Shown one piece after another: positions 53,205 through 53,584 of a stretch of 53,584 nucleotides of DNA. Made by a program: the position numbers and the translations under genes. The notes beneath the pieces were generated by a model. It had not been told where the DNA came from. It worked only from the letters and a program-made list of their open reading frames with translations, and did no database searches. The stretch spans positions 1 to 53,584 of the forward strand of contig JAGVFQ010000057.1 of the NCBI GenBank assembly GCA_020057505.1. Direction: 5' to 3'. Positions within the stretch are counted from its first letter, which is position 1, and each line of letters opens with the position of its first letter. This stretch comes from Patescibacteria group bacterium. Its GTDB lineage: Bacteria; Patescibacteriota; Patescibacteriia; JAGVFQ01.

Positions 53205-53584
53205 TTAAATTTTTATTTTCAATCTACCCTGCCTCAATATTTTCGGTCTCTCCCCTGTTACATCCACCACGGTCGAAGCCTTACCCCGCCCTGTTCGTCC
53301 ACCATCGATAATCAAATCAACTTTATTATTAAACTGCTTAATAGCTTTCTCGGGCGAATTAATATTGCTCTCACCTGACAAATTGGCGCTGGTGCCGATC
53401 AGAGGCAAACCTAATTTCTTAATCAACGCCTGAACAATTTTATTTGACGATAATCTGATTGCTACCTTGTCGTCGCCGGCCGTAACCATCGCCGGGATTA
53501 TTTTAGATTTTTCAAAAACCAAAGTTAATGGCCCCGGCCAATATTGCTTAATCATTTTTTGGGCCAAGGGCGTAATCTTTTGGA
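53205..53584 (-). CDS. L-threonylcarbamoyladenylate synthase (Sua5/TsaC/YrdC), 5'-truncated by the window
   Basis: WPGPLT, VAIR, GTSANLSG, ASTVVD, ILRQG. Confidence 0.92.
   Translation of the reverse strand, partial: QKITPLAQKMIKQYWPGPLTLVFEKSKIIPAMVTAGDDKVAIRLSSNKIVQALIKKLGLPLIGTSANLSGESNINSPEKAIKQFNNKVDLIIDGGRTGRGKASTVVDVTGERPKILRQGRLKIKI

Noticed and set aside
1..53584. Alternative genetic code (TGA read-through)
   Set aside because: Conserved genes are full length under code 11, and several end at TGA at the expected position (e.g. queH, cupin PGI, ABC ATPase neighbours).

Overview
Chromosomal window of a fairly AT-rich bacterium. Gene content and intergenic style (cupin-type PGI, RtcB plus archease, presenilin-like protease, DUF5652, many short palindromic repeats) suggest Patescibacteria/CPR; this is inference. 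Most genes are on the minus strand and are housekeeping: queH, rarA, polX, rtcB/archease, rlmN, truB, AlkD, an ECF sigma with a MacAB-like ABC exporter, ftsE/ftsX, RlpA, a PrsA-like foldase, DivIC/FtsB, Sua5/TsaC and three tRNAs (Gln-TTG, Gly-CCC, Thr-CGT). An accessory region (about 34.7-47.9 kb) lies 3' of tRNA-Gln. It holds a 1960-aa Sec-signal TcB/TcC-like Rhs polymorphic toxin, three further Rhs C-terminal toxin cassettes, four cognate immunity candidates, a large-serine-recombinase remnant and 135-bp tandem repeats derived from the tRNA-Gln 3' half. One of the cassettes has its own signal peptide. The best unannotated signals are (1) a stand-alone structured RNA with its own sigma70 promoter and terminator at 6.0-6.1 kb, (2) an Ile-codon leader-peptide attenuator controlling an unknown 92-aa gene, (3) a PPi-type PFK with altered substrate motifs, and (4) several short palindromic families that insert into one another and in frame into a gene. 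All calls were made by eye; no searches were run.
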